Source of the DNA: Macrostomum lignano
Lineage: Eukaryota
Direction: 5' to 3'
Assembly (NCBI GenBank): GCA_002269645.1
Contig: NIVC01000197.1
Coordinates: forward strand, 434,001-498,000
DNA length: 64,000 nt
The position numbers and the translations under genes are program-made. The notes under the pieces are model-generated. The model did no database searches and was not told where the DNA came from. It saw only the letters and a list, made by a program, of their open reading frames with translations. Of the stretch, positions 50,228-61,610 are shown piece after piece. How positions within the stretch are numbered: position 1 is the stretch's first letter; every line of letters starts with the position of its first letter.

Positions 50228-51187
50228 GTGAAGCGTTCGATCAATGCAGAGCGGAGACCAATGCAAGCGGCTGTCTTGGCTTTGCTGTTGATGCTGCCGC
50301 TGCTGACGCTGCAGGCGGTACCGTCTGGCGGCGAGAAAGCCGCGGCAGCGGCTCGCCTTGTCGGCAGCGGCAACCGGTCCGAGCTGGCGGATTCGGCTGC
50401 CACCGACGCCGCCGCCGCTGCCGCCGCCGTCCTGGCGAGCGAGACTCTGACACCCGGCCGCTACAGGGTCAGAGGAGGTCAGTCGGCCGCCGCTGCAGCC
50501 GCTGCCGCCGCAGCCGCCGCTGCCATCGCTGTGGTGGGCGCCGTGGCCTGCGCAGCCACCCTGGCGGCCCTGCGCTGGCGGATGCGCCGCCTGCTTCTGC
50601 GGCGAATTTGGCGTCAGCAGAATCGGCGGCGCGTTCATCCTCGGCGGGAACGTCAGCTGGCTGACGACGACTGGCGACCGCAGGACGATGATGACGACGA
50701 CGAGAGCAGCGACGTGGCCGAGGAGGCAGCGGGGAGCGGAGCCGAATCTGAGCCGCTGCTGTTGCCGCCGCCGCGGCCGCCGCCACTGCTCAGCCTCCAC
50801 TCGGCGGCATCGGGCGGCTCCGACTCCGACAGCCCAGGCAGCGAGGAGGCGCCGCTCCCATCGACCTCTCGCCACCAGCGGCAGAAGCGCCAGCAGCGTC
50901 GGCAACTTCGCTGGCTAATTCGACGACAAACTGACGGCGCCATCGTCTGCGGCGGCTGCGGTGCGGCTGCGGAGCCGAGCGACTCCGAGGATGAAGAGGC
51001 GGGCGAGCCACGGCAGCAGCAGCAGCTGCTGGGCGAGTCGGCGAGCTGGTGGGTGCCGAAGAAGCGACGGTGCACCTGCGGCCAGCTGCGCACGGTGTCG
51101 CTTGCAGCCGCGGCCGCTCCAGCGCAGGGACATCCAGCGGCAGCCACGGGCCCGGATAAATTCGCTGATATAATTTCATTTTTCTGA
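50228..51187 (+). CDS. Intronless putative type I single-pass membrane protein (orphan)
   Basis: Signal-like MQAAVLALLLMLPLLTLQA (ATG 50261); poly-Ala/TM IAVVGAVACAATLAAL followed by a basic stop-transfer RWRMRR; acidic cytoplasmic tail with CGGC and CTC; AATAAA at about 51250. Confidence 0.7.
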   Translation: MKRSINAERRPMQAAVLALLLMLPLLTLQAVPSGGEKAAAAARLVGSGNRSELADSAATDAAAAAAAVLASETLTPGRYRVRGGQSAAAAAAAAAAAAAIAVVGAVACAATLAALRWRMRRLLLRRIWRQQNRRRVHPRRERQLADDDWRPQDDDDDDESSDVAEEAAGSGAESEPLLLPPPRPPPLLSLHSAASGGSDSDSPGSEEAPLPSTSRHQRQKRQQRRQLRWLIRRQTDGAIVCGGCGAAAEPSDSEDEEAGEPRQQQQLLGESASWWVPKKRRCTCGQLRTVSLAAAAAPAQGHPAAATGPDKFADIISFF

Positions 51188-51313
51188 TCGCCTGAGCAAA
51201 TTTTCACTCAGCTCATAGTTTCTTGGCTTTGCAGGTAGTCTTATATTTGAATAAATAAATTTCTGGCTTGAATTTCAGCGGAGTACTAACTTTACGTCAA
51301 TTCGAAGCGCAAT

Positions 51314-51610
51314 GGTGTCGTAGCCTAGTGGTTAGGATACAACATCATTGCGCTACTCACGACTGGAAGGTCGGAGGTTCGATTCTCGACCCAATCGGAA
51401 TAATTTATGTCCTTGAGCAAGACACTTTAAACTCTGAATTGCTTCAGTTCACCCAGCTGTAAAATGGGTGCCAGCATTAGCTGGGGTAATTAAGGCTGTG
51501 TGTGGCGACCCCCCAGTCCTTGGACTGAACAGCCGTACGCAGCCTTCAGATGCGCCGCGCAATAGCTGCGGCTGAGCTGTCAGTTGCACAACTGCCCATT
51601 AGGGCAGGTG
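51314..51610 (+). mobile_element. tRNA-derived SINE, family B, with MIR/CORE-like central domain
   Basis: A box tagcctagtgg, B box ggttcgattct, then tgtccttgagcaagacacttt...gcttcagttcacccagctgtaaaatggg (51408-51468). Second copy at about 61490-61610. Confidence 0.8.
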
Positions 51611-51655
51611 TGTTCAATTATGATTAATTACAATATTATGAAGTGTAATAAAAGC

Positions 51656-51910
51656 GCCCAGGCTCGATTCCAAGTGCAGTCGCATTAATTTGGGGCTGAA
51701 TTGGAATCTTGGCTTGGCTCTGCTCGTGCAATTAACGCCCCTGAGGGCCAACCCCCAAGGCGCAGAAAGGTGTACATGCCTAACGATAAATAAAGTTAGG
51801 GCCGCTGTACACTCCTGTGTGAGTGTGTGCCTGTGCGTATGATTGCGTACGTATCCGCGCGCGTATCTCAGGGGAGTCGATTGGAATGGGCAGTAATGCC
51901 TCTCGCTAGT
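51656..51910 (+). mobile_element. SINE family A, 5'-truncated copy
   Basis: ggctcgattccaagtgcagtcgcattaatttggggctgaattggaatcttggcttggctctgc... aligns with about 13018-13265. Confidence 0.8.
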
Positions 51911-52844
51911 TGCATAACAAAGTCCTCTGCTTCTAAAAGAGCATGCAGTCACCTCTGTTGCCCTCATTTTACGCCAGACAAGCTCACAAGCTGAGTTGTT
52001 AATCAAATTTCACCGAACCGCAGCTACATGCCGACAGCGAGGCTCACTCGAGTCGAGCAGCTAGGGGTAATCCCGGAGATTAAGGGCGGCAATACAGCGA
52101 GCGACAGGTGACGGATGAGCTCGGAATGCTGGGAGAATGGGGATGTCTATCAGATTTCCAACCCTAACCCTACTGGCCCTCACAGTCGGGGGCATTTCGA
52201 GAAAAAAGATTTTCAGACCGACCCACAGGTACCCTAAGGCACGAAATGCGCAGATGAGGAAACCCGATATGGACAGTTGAAATAAGTGTGCGGTGAGAAG
52301 GAGGCAAGACAGAGAAAACGAAGGTCGATCAGCGAACCGCAGGGCTCTCTCGGGTCTCTGAGGGTTGCAGTTTCAAGCCCGTTCCCGTCCAGGCCCCCTG
52401 CTGCGGCGAGCTGCTTAATTTGGAACCGATTTTCGCCGGGTCCGAATATCGTCCGGGATCGATGCCGAGGGTCGCCGTCACGGGCATGGGGGTGGGGTGG
52501 TGGTGAGGGGGGAGCAGAAAGTGAAAGAGAAAAGAGGAGTCGGGAAAAGCATTTCTGGAGGGAGGTTCAGTTCCAGTTTTTCCCATTTCCTTGTTTTCAC
52601 TTGGGCGCTATCGGAGGGAGGCGATAGGGAAGTGGAGGGAGAACTGGGAGACTGCATGGGAGTCGTCAGGAGTTTGTTTGGCCTGTGGGGACTCGGGTGA
52701 GATGAGGCGCTGAGGCTGCGCAGGCAATGGAAGAAAAGCGACTCACCAAGTCCAGTGAGGCATGCACTTAGACCTTCTCGGGTTTCTCATTTCCCATTAC
52801 CGAGCCCTCTGCACCCTGCATCTGTCTGCCTGGATGCCTATCTG

Positions 52845-53668
<824 letters not shown>

Positions 53669-54634
53669 TCTTCTATTCCTAATAATTTTGATTTAGCTCG
53701 GTTTTTACTTATTTTTTGCCAAATTGGAAACAGAAATTCAGAGCGGTTCGTTCTAGGCAGGAAGTCACGCGCCCCGCCCCGTCCTGCTGCGGCATTCAGG
53801 GCGACATGATGAAGCTGCAGCATGCTCAGCCTCTTCAAAAAACAGAAACCCTCTCCGCCGCAGTCCCGCTTTCACTCGGAGGCTGCCTGGCCGGAGAGAA
53901 TAGAGGCCAAGCACGCAGCCTCCCAGCAGCCGCATCTTCATCTCTGCCGCATGCAGCCAAGAAAAGCATTGGGACTGAGTGTGAAAATTCCTCATTTCAC
54001 TCTCCCATGGCTATTGCGGGTGCCTCTAAGCCTGTCTCGGCCTGGCGCTCCCGTCGCTTCCTCATTAGAGCGGTCAGGGGCCGTCGGGCAGGAGAAGTCA
54101 CTTATAGGAGGAGAACCGGGCAGAGATGAAGACGGGAGGCTGGAGAATAAAAAAGCGCGAAACGCAACTGGGATTTGATTTCAGCGGGGCGGTCAGCTGT
54201 AGTAGCCGGGCGCCACTTCTCCCATGCCAAGACGGAGGGTATCAGTTCTGACTTGGGTGAGAGGCAGGCTGGAACCCGTTGCAAAAGTGGAAATTGCGTT
54301 TCCTGTGTTGCTGAACTGGCCCTGCCTCCCTTCCAAGACGATGGGCGCGCTCTCTTCTAGAAGAAATAATAGGCAAAGTACCTACATGTATAGGTCTGCG
54401 GTCTGCTGCCGGGGAAAAAATCGCTACAATGCCTGGGGTTTTTCGTGCGATTTGTTAGCTCCATTGTGGCCAATATAGCTAATTTTGGCTTTGTTGAGAC
54501 TACAGAAGTCGCTGTTAGTTAAGACTTCTTGACTTGCACTTCTAACCTCCCCGTTCAGATTAGTTCCTTCTACCTTTCTCTCTTTGTAGCCCCGCGTCCG
54601 CCTTCATGTCGCTATACACATCCTTTAGCCCTGC

Positions 54635-54960
54635 TTCCCTTCTCTGCCTCTGTCTGCCCCATCTCTACTTCTTCGCCTACGTCTGTCTGCCCCATCTCTT
54701 CTTCTTTGCCTACTCTGTCTGTCCCATCTCACTTCTTTGCTTACTCTGTCTGCCCCATCTCTACTTCTTTGCCTACCTCTGTCTGTCCCATCTCTACTTC
54801 TTTGCCTACCTCTGTCTGTCCCATCTCTACTTCTTTGCCTACCTCTGTCTGTCCCATCTCTACTTCTTTGCTTGTCTGCCCCATCTACACCTTCTCTGTC
54901 TACCTCTGTCTACCCAATCTCTACAATATATACCCTCTGTGTCTACCTCTATATTCAGAT
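54635..54960. repeat. 33-bp pyrimidine-rich minisatellite
   Basis: Unit tctgtctgtcccatctctacttctttgcctacc. Confidence 0.88.
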
Positions 54961-55755
54961 CTCCATTTGTTCCCATTTATCAAGCCTGAAGATCCCGATA
55001 ATCTCTAACTGCGGACGGAGCAGACTGATCGATACCTCATTTTCAAGCCCATCTGCAATTTCTCTTCAGACTAGAATAGTTTTCCCTAGGAGCGCCAAAA
55101 ATAAGGGAGAAAAGGAAGCAAGTCAAAGGGAAATCAATTACTACGCGGAACAATTTTTTCGCTAAATTTTTTCATCAATTACCCACCCGGTCGGTGCCCG
55201 GGCCTGTCGATCAGGCCCAGAAGTCAGTGACTGATTTCCCCAAAATGCTTCCATTTCCTGCCTATAGTGAAGTCTAAAAGAAATTTCGCAGTCATTAGCA
55301 GAATAACGTGACCGCAGCCATTCGCCAGAAGCAGAAAGCTCTTACATTACAAGGCCAAAGAGACACGCCTGCATGTTAGCAGAAAGTTTTCGCAATGTTA
55401 TTATTGCAGAATTTACAGTACACTATTTTGCGTCACACTGGGCCGGATTGCGCGTGTTATTAATATATCTGCTAAATAGATAAAGAACTGGTTTGCTTAT
55501 CTCAACGCTGCTGCGCAAGGCTCAGCTGCAAGGCAAGGCTTGGTGAATTTAATATAAAATTCGTGAAAACTGTGGCTGCACATTTATACGTTTCGATCTG
55601 CCTGACAGACAGCTAAAACAACTATTTGACTTTTCATCTGTTAAACTTACAACTCTGCGCCGCAACATGTCCTGGGGAGTAAGTTGCATCGAACATGCTT
55701 GAGCCAGAGTGGCATTGCGCTTTTGTTTAGTTCTACTCACAGATACTAGAATAAT

Positions 55756-56161
55756 TAGATGGGCCACTCAGGCATATATACTCGTACTTGTAAAACAGCT
55801 TTCTACTTTCAGTTCAGTAGCAATGAAGAATACGTAAGCTATTTTATAAAAATACGTCGTAAAGGCAGCTGAAATGACTTTGATAAGTTTAGAAGCCCAA
55901 GCTTGCAGGCGTAAACAACTTGCTAATTGGTTCAGCAATAATGTACATTGGCCAGTCCACTGAAATGTACATGGAAGCTTTAGGCTGGAATTCCGAGAAA
56001 GGCAATAAAAATTGGGGTAGTGTTAGTTGGAGGGTTTAAGCGGTGGGGGGGGTAAGAGGCAATAAATAAGCCTTGGCTTTAAAAGACATTAAAATGCTTC
56101 AGTTTCACTTACTACTGAACTGAAAGTAGCTTGCACGCAAATGTGCTGAGTGGCCCATCTA
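55756..56161. mobile_element. MITE with TAGAYRGGCC termini and internal ctactttcagttcagtag inverted repeat
   Basis: tagatgggccactcag / ctgagtggcccatcta termini. A partial tandem copy follows (about 56200-56620), and a shorter family member lies at 63584-63812. Confidence 0.7.
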
Positions 56162-56920
56162 TCTGTGGTTCTATACATAAGCATATATGAGCATATGCGG
56201 CATGCTTGGCAAAACAGTTTTCTCGTACTTCAGTAGCAAGGAAGAATACATAACTAAGCTATTTTATAAAAAAAACTGTTGAAATGACTTGATAAGTTTA
56301 CAGGCCAAGTTTGTTCAACGTTAACACTGCTGCTAGTAAGGTTCAGACATTATGCTTACATACATACTCGTATTAATGTAGATTTATTAGCCAGAGCCAC
56401 TTAAAATGTACATGACAGCTTTAGACTGAAACACCAAATAAAATTGGATGGCGGAGAGGCGGGGTAAAGATTTTTGTGTGGAAAGGCGCGACCGGCAGGT
56501 GCTGGGGGAGCGCAATAAACTTGACCCTAAATAATCGTGTTCTAAAATACATTAAAATGCTTCTATTTAACTTTTACTACTGAACTGAAAGTAGGTAACA
56601 CGCAAATGTGCTGAGTAACCTAACCTATTTAAAGTCTTCTGTTCTATTTGTACAAGAGAGGAGGGAGTATGAAAGGCTGTTTTTTTCTATGCTGTCAAAG
56701 TTTATTATCAAGAAACTTTACGATACTACTGACAGTTGAAAAGTAGAGTAGTCAAAAGGTCTACTTCATCGTTAATGGATTAGTTGAAGCAAATCTAAGT
56801 TTACCAATCAGCGTAGGTTGACTATATGCAAGTCTTGAAAAAAGGGAAAAAACTTATACTACTACTAAGTACTTATGCGAGTAGAATATAAAAAATAAAT
56901 TATATAAACATTGCCAACAG

Positions 56921-57376
56921 GATCATCACCACCATCACCACCACGGCCGTCATCACGGACATCCGCATCTGCCACCACCGCCGCCTCCACTGGGACATCA
57001 GCACCACAATCACGGACCCTTCCCTTTTCCGGAGCCGCACCAGCACCACCATGATCATCACGGACCCTTCCCTTTTCCGGAGCCGCACCAGCACCACCAT
57101 GATCATCACGGACCCTTCCCTTTTCCGGAGCCGCACCAGCACCACCATGATCATCACGGACCCTTTCCTTTTCCGGAGCCGCACCAGCACCAACATCATC
57201 ACCGCCCGCCACCGCCGCCAAACTGTGGGCCGCTGCCGCCGCCGCTGCCGCCGCCGCCGGGACCCTACAGGCCGGGCCAAGGTCAAGGAGGCTACCCGAT
57301 CGGTGCCTGTCCGCCGCCTCCCCCAGGCTGTCAGCAGCCTCCGTACCCGTCAGCGCCTAACGCTAGGCCGTGGTGA
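56921..57376 (+). CDS. His/Pro-rich terminal exon (151 aa) with four 15-aa HGPFPFPEPHQHHHD repeats
   Basis: Acceptor ttgccaacag|; stop-free frame DHHHHHHHGRHHGHPHLPPPPPPLG...PPYPSAPNARPW*. An upstream in-frame TAG at 56882 and no ATG mean it must be spliced. Not in the ORF track. Confidence 0.7.
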   Translation, partial: DHHHHHHHGRHHGHPHLPPPPPPLGHQHHNHGPFPFPEPHQHHHDHHGPFPFPEPHQHHHDHHGPFPFPEPHQHHHDHHGPFPFPEPHQHQHHHRPPPPPNCGPLPPPLPPPPGPYRPGQGQGGYPIGACPPPPPGCQQPPYPSAPNARPW

Positions 57377-57721
57377 ACTGAGGATCTGGACCCTCGGTGA
57401 ACTGAGGTTTATCCCGAAACACGAATGCCAATAGTCTATGGCGGTTATTTAATTAATTCAGCCTCTGTGAGAATGTCCATGGCCAATCGGGCTGCACCGT
57501 GAGTGCATAGTCTATGGCCAAAACACGGGTTAACTCCTTGAGATTTCCCCTTCCCTGAAAATAATTCTATTGGTCATTAATCATTAATCTCAACTTAAAT
57601 TATTATAAAATACAGAAATTTCCTTACAATGATCTTTGGTTGTCATAACGACAATAAACTACGAACATTATTTAAAAATACTTTGTTAATATGCTTCAAC
57701 TTTTTATAGCTCCAGATATTT

Positions 57722-58205
57722 ACCCATTCAATCCTTATATTCTTGAATCTCACCCATCCAATCCTTATATCCTTGAATCTCACCCATCCAATCCTTATAT
57801 CCTTGAATCTCACCCATCCAATCCTTATATCCTTGAATCTCACCCATCCAATCCTTATATCCTTGAATCTCACCCATCCAATCCTTATATCCTTGAATCT
57901 CACCCATCCAATCCTTATATCCTTGAATCTCACCCATCCAATCCTTATATCCTTGAATCTCACCCATCCAATCCTTATATCCTTGAATCTCACCCATCCA
58001 ATCGCACTCTCCTTTAATCTCACCCATTCAATCTCAATCTCCTTCAATCTCACCTATCCAATCTCACTCTCCTAGAATCTCACCAATCCAATCTCACTCT
58101 CCCATCTCACTCATCGAATCTCACTCTCCTACAATCTCACCAATCCAATCTCACTCTCCCATCTCACTCATCGAATCTCACTCTCCTACAATCTTACCCA
58201 TCCAA
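57722..58205. repeat. 30-bp minisatellite
   Basis: Unit cacccatccaatccttatatccttgaatct, diverging at the 3' end. Confidence 0.95.
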
Positions 58206-58594
58206 TTTTACTTTCTTGCGGCACAGCTCATTGGCCGCTGACCCGGTCGCTTGGAAGGGATTCGGCCCAAAATCTTTCTCCAACTCAGCGAATATCTCGA
58301 AACTGAACCCGGCATGCCAAGTCTGTCATTTCTAATCACCTGAGGATTTGGGTGAACGACTCTTCCAGTGCTCGCGTGTTTCTCCTCTCTCAGGAGTTTG
58401 TTGGCTTGCGGCGATAAGCTCGCCAGGTCATGCAAGGCGGAGCACGAGGCCTGTGCCCCCTGCCACCCTCAGTGCCGTCCCTCCTGCCCTCAGCTCTGAA
58501 GATTCTTCCCGCAAGCAGCTGGGCACGAGTTGTCGTGCCTTTATAAAGTGAATCATGGATTCTTCGATGCCTTTCTGCTTTGTATACTTAGCTA

Positions 58595-58870
58595 GAGGGG
58601 CAGGGGTGCTAGAGGGGCAGGGGTGATAGAGGGGGCAGGGGTGCTAGAGGGGCAGGGGTGCTAGAGGGGGCAGGGGTGCTAGAGGGCAGGGTGCTAGAGG
58701 GGGCAGGGGTGCTAGAGGGGCAGGGGTGCTAGAGGGGGCAGGGGTGCTAGAGGGGCAGGGTGCTAGAGGGGGCAGGGGTGCTAGAGGGGCAGGGGTGCTA
58801 GAGGGGGCAGGGGTGCTAGAGGGGGCAGGGGTGCTAGAGGGGCAGGGGTGCTAGAGGGGCAGGGGTGCTA
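58595..58870 (+). repeat. About 17-bp G-run repeat (gctagaggggcaggggt)
   Basis: About 16 copies, each with two runs of 3-5 G. Confidence 0.95.
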
Positions 58871-59529
58871 GATGGAGGGACATCATCGCCACCTCCAGCT
58901 GAGCAAATGACATTGCCCAAACTGCATTCAAAGAGCAACAGAGCGTGTCCAACTGAAGAGTGAAAACGTACTAAAGCTGCCCGACCTCCGCCCCGCTCCG
59001 CCTGAGATCTGAGCAATCTTGGCTGCCCCCCCCCCCAGCCAGCCAGCCCAGAGCAGATTACAGATCTGTCAGCACCAATCAGGGCATCGAGGGAAAAACT
59101 CACGGACCACTGCCCAGTTGCACTTGATTAGGCGGGACACTGCAGAGCCCCCCTCCCCGGATTCTGGGGACACCCATCTGTAGACTTTAGACTGCAATGC
59201 GCGGGCACTTTCCCTCCCAGCCTGCCTGCCGCCTCCCTTCTCTCTGAGCCATCGACGCGACAAAAATTGAATCGCGGGCGCGCGCCCCAGCCCCAAACCC
59301 CCCGCCGCCTTCCAAAGCCATGGCCTACTTTTTCTCCCCAAGCCTCCGCCTCTTATTTCTCCTCAGAAGCCGGTTATCCCGGAGAGCAAATCCACTTACG
59401 CGGCCCCTTCCCCAGCTCCCAGCAATTGGTCAGCAGGCAGCGCCAGCAGCGGATATATTTACCCCCCCCAGTCAGCCTCCAGATCGAAGTCGAGAAGCCT
59501 TCATCGAGTTCGAATGAGAAAAGGACAAC

Positions 59530-60552
59530 ATGTCGCAGATTGCTGCCGGTTTGCTTCTAGTTGCCATGGCAACAGTTCTAACAATAGCGTCATGTCAGGC
59601 GGACGCGCAACAGCCACTGCCGGGACTCCGGGTGATTCTCGGCGCGATGCCCTGGTCGGAGGCAGCCCAGCTGTGCGCCAGAGAGGGCCTGGCGCTCGCT
59701 CCAGCGGCGGCCGTGGACGGGGGCGCCGCAGCGGCCGGCGCTCGGCTGGCCGAGGAGCGCGTCGACCGCCGGCTGTGGATCGACGGCGTCAGGGACAGGC
59801 GCCGGTGCAGCTGCCGCTGGGAGCTGGGCGAGGGCGGCGTCGGAAGCGGCGAGGTGGCGGAGGACTGGCGGCTGGCCAGGAACGAGTGCCTGACGATCCA
59901 GCCGCCAGCGCTGATCGGGTTCGCCGACTGCCAGCAGTACCAGGGCGGCGCCCTCTGCTCCCGACCGCGGCCTCCGCAGCCAACTTCAACATGGCCGCCG
60001 CCGTCTAGCCCGACTCCGACGCCTTCGGCGGCATCGGCTGCGGCGGCAGCGGCGGCAGCAGCAGCGGCGGCTGCGGCGGCTGCGGCGGCCGGGCATCGAG
60101 AGGCCTGGCTGCCAGCGGCCACGGCAGCCCTGGCAGTCTGCCTGCTGGTCATCGTGGTGCTCCTGATCATCATCGCCGCTCAGCGGGCGTCGTCGTCCAG
60201 ATCGATCAGATCTTCGGAATCCTCGGCTAGCACTGCGGCGGCGGCGTCGGCGGCCCTGGCGGGCGGCGGTAGCGGAACTTCGACGAACCATCGGCATCTT
60301 CTCAGCGGCGGCGGCGTCGGCGGCGGCAACGCCGGTCTGTCGTCGGCAGCTCGACAGGTTTTCGCGAACCGGCGCACGGCGGCCACGGCGCCGCTGCATC
60401 TGGGCGGGGAGGTGGCTGCGGCGGCGGAGGAGGGGCCGTGCGAGATCGCCTCGCTGTACGAGACAGCAGTGTGTCGGGGCGGCGGCTGCAGCAGTTTCGG
60501 CGGCGGCTGCAGTTGCAATGCCATCGGTGCACTGGCCAGCCAGAAGCTGTAG
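59530..60552 (+). CDS. Intronless C-type-lectin-like single-pass membrane protein
   Basis: Signal peptide; MPWSEAAQLC...LWIDG...C...DC...ALC CTLD-like pattern; Pro/Ser stalk, poly-Ala, TM ALAVCLLVIVVLLIII; cytoplasmic LYETAV; AATAAA at about 60634 and 60665. Confidence 0.78.
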   Translation: MSQIAAGLLLVAMATVLTIASCQADAQQPLPGLRVILGAMPWSEAAQLCAREGLALAPAAAVDGGAAAAGARLAEERVDRRLWIDGVRDRRRCSCRWELGEGGVGSGEVAEDWRLARNECLTIQPPALIGFADCQQYQGGALCSRPRPPQPTSTWPPPSSPTPTPSAASAAAAAAAAAAAAAAAAAAGHREAWLPAATAALAVCLLVIVVLLIIIAAQRASSSRSIRSSESSASTAAAASAALAGGGSGTSTNHRHLLSGGGVGGGNAGLSSAARQVFANRRTAATAPLHLGGEVAAAAEEGPCEIASLYETAVCRGGGCSSFGGGCSCNAIGALASQKL

Positions 60553-60849
60553 GAGCTTGGCGCGGATTGACTTGCTGGATTCAGTCTGAGTTTTATAACA
60601 ATGTGTCTTATGAAAAATTGATAGAAAATTATGAATAAACCGTTTTAGTGCTCAATTTCGAATTAATAAAATAAAAGTATAATTCAACATGTTGTAAAGA
60701 GAACGGCAGTTTTAAATGATGCAGCGACAGAGGAGTCTGCAGCACATTCTCAGTCTTATGCTCACATTAGCGGACATGTGTATCAGTCAGCTGTCAGTGC
60801 CGCGCCCCCCCCCCCCACGGGAGGCTGGACTAACGAGCGATGTAGGAAG

Positions 60850-61200
60850 CGGCAGAAGTATCTAGCGAATTACCGCGAGGGCCCAGGTCTGCCTGCACAC
60901 GACCGCCCGCAGACTACAGAAGCAATGAAATCAGCTTACAAGCCGGCCTGCCAATTTTTGCACAATCTCTCGGCCTCGCCCACTTGATGCTGGGCGCAAG
61001 ATGTGTGAAAATACAGTTGCTCTCCAGAGCTGCCAGTTCAGGGCTGCTGTTATGGACTGAGTCATTGCTCAGCTCTCAGCTTCTTCTTCATCAATTCCGC
61101 CTTCTCCCCGTGAAGCCTGATTGCGGCTGGTGCAGATAAGCGGCAGAGGGAAGCGCTTCCCAACTCTTGTCCCATTAGCGGGGAGGCAGCGGAGTGAGAC
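60850..61200 (-). mobile_element. Possible decayed non-LTR (CRE/NeSL-like) 3' remnant
   Basis: Frameshifted fragments WD...AAYLH, AELMKKK and SGRGREIVQKLAGRL...RQTWALAVIR resemble REL-endonuclease C-termini; recognition by eye only. Confidence 0.35.
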
Positions 61201-61489
61201 AGAAGGGAGCGGATAGACAAGGGATATTTTTCCTACTACTTTTTAGGCTGTGTAAATGCATATTTAGCCAAGCAAATTATATTATTTGCGAGATTAGGCG
61301 AGACTTCTTCCAAGGTATAGGGTCAGCCGACCCCTATTGACCCCGTCCAGATCTACCATTGCTCAAGGACTACTCAGGTAGAAGGATGGGAAACTACGTT
61401 TCTAGGAAAACTTTCTAGTCGGCAGGTTTTACCGAAAATACACAATACGGAGAATCGAGGTTTTCATCATTTCAGCGAGACTAGCCTAG

Positions 61490-61610
61490 GGGTTGTAGCC
61501 TAGTGTCACTGGAACAGATTGTGTCTTTGAGCAAGACACTTGACTCTGCATTGCTTCAGTTCACCCAGCTGTAAAATGGGCAACCAGCATTAGCTGGGAT
61601 AATTGAGGGT
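61490..61610 (+). mobile_element. SINE family B (CORE-like), internally deleted copy
   Basis: gtagcctagtg followed by tgtgtctttgagcaagacactt...gcttcagttcacccagctgtaaaatggg...ccagcattagctggg, matching 51319-51486. Confidence 0.78.

Noticed and set aside
51314-51395. Functional tRNA
   Set aside because: A and B boxes are present but no cloverleaf forms, and it continues into a repeated SINE body.
53700-54480. Gene or LINE in a GC-rich stretch (similar stretches at 21370-21900, 52100-52760, 58230-58560, 61780-62080)
   Set aside because: Only faint LINE-like peptides (for example KLIDQIEG at about 62010) and no sustained frame; too weak to call without a search.
56865-57434. Track ORFs 56865-57221 (-), 56900-57286 (-) and 57051-57434 (+)
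   Set aside because: Alternative frames of the His/Pro-rich exon, which has better splice and codon support.
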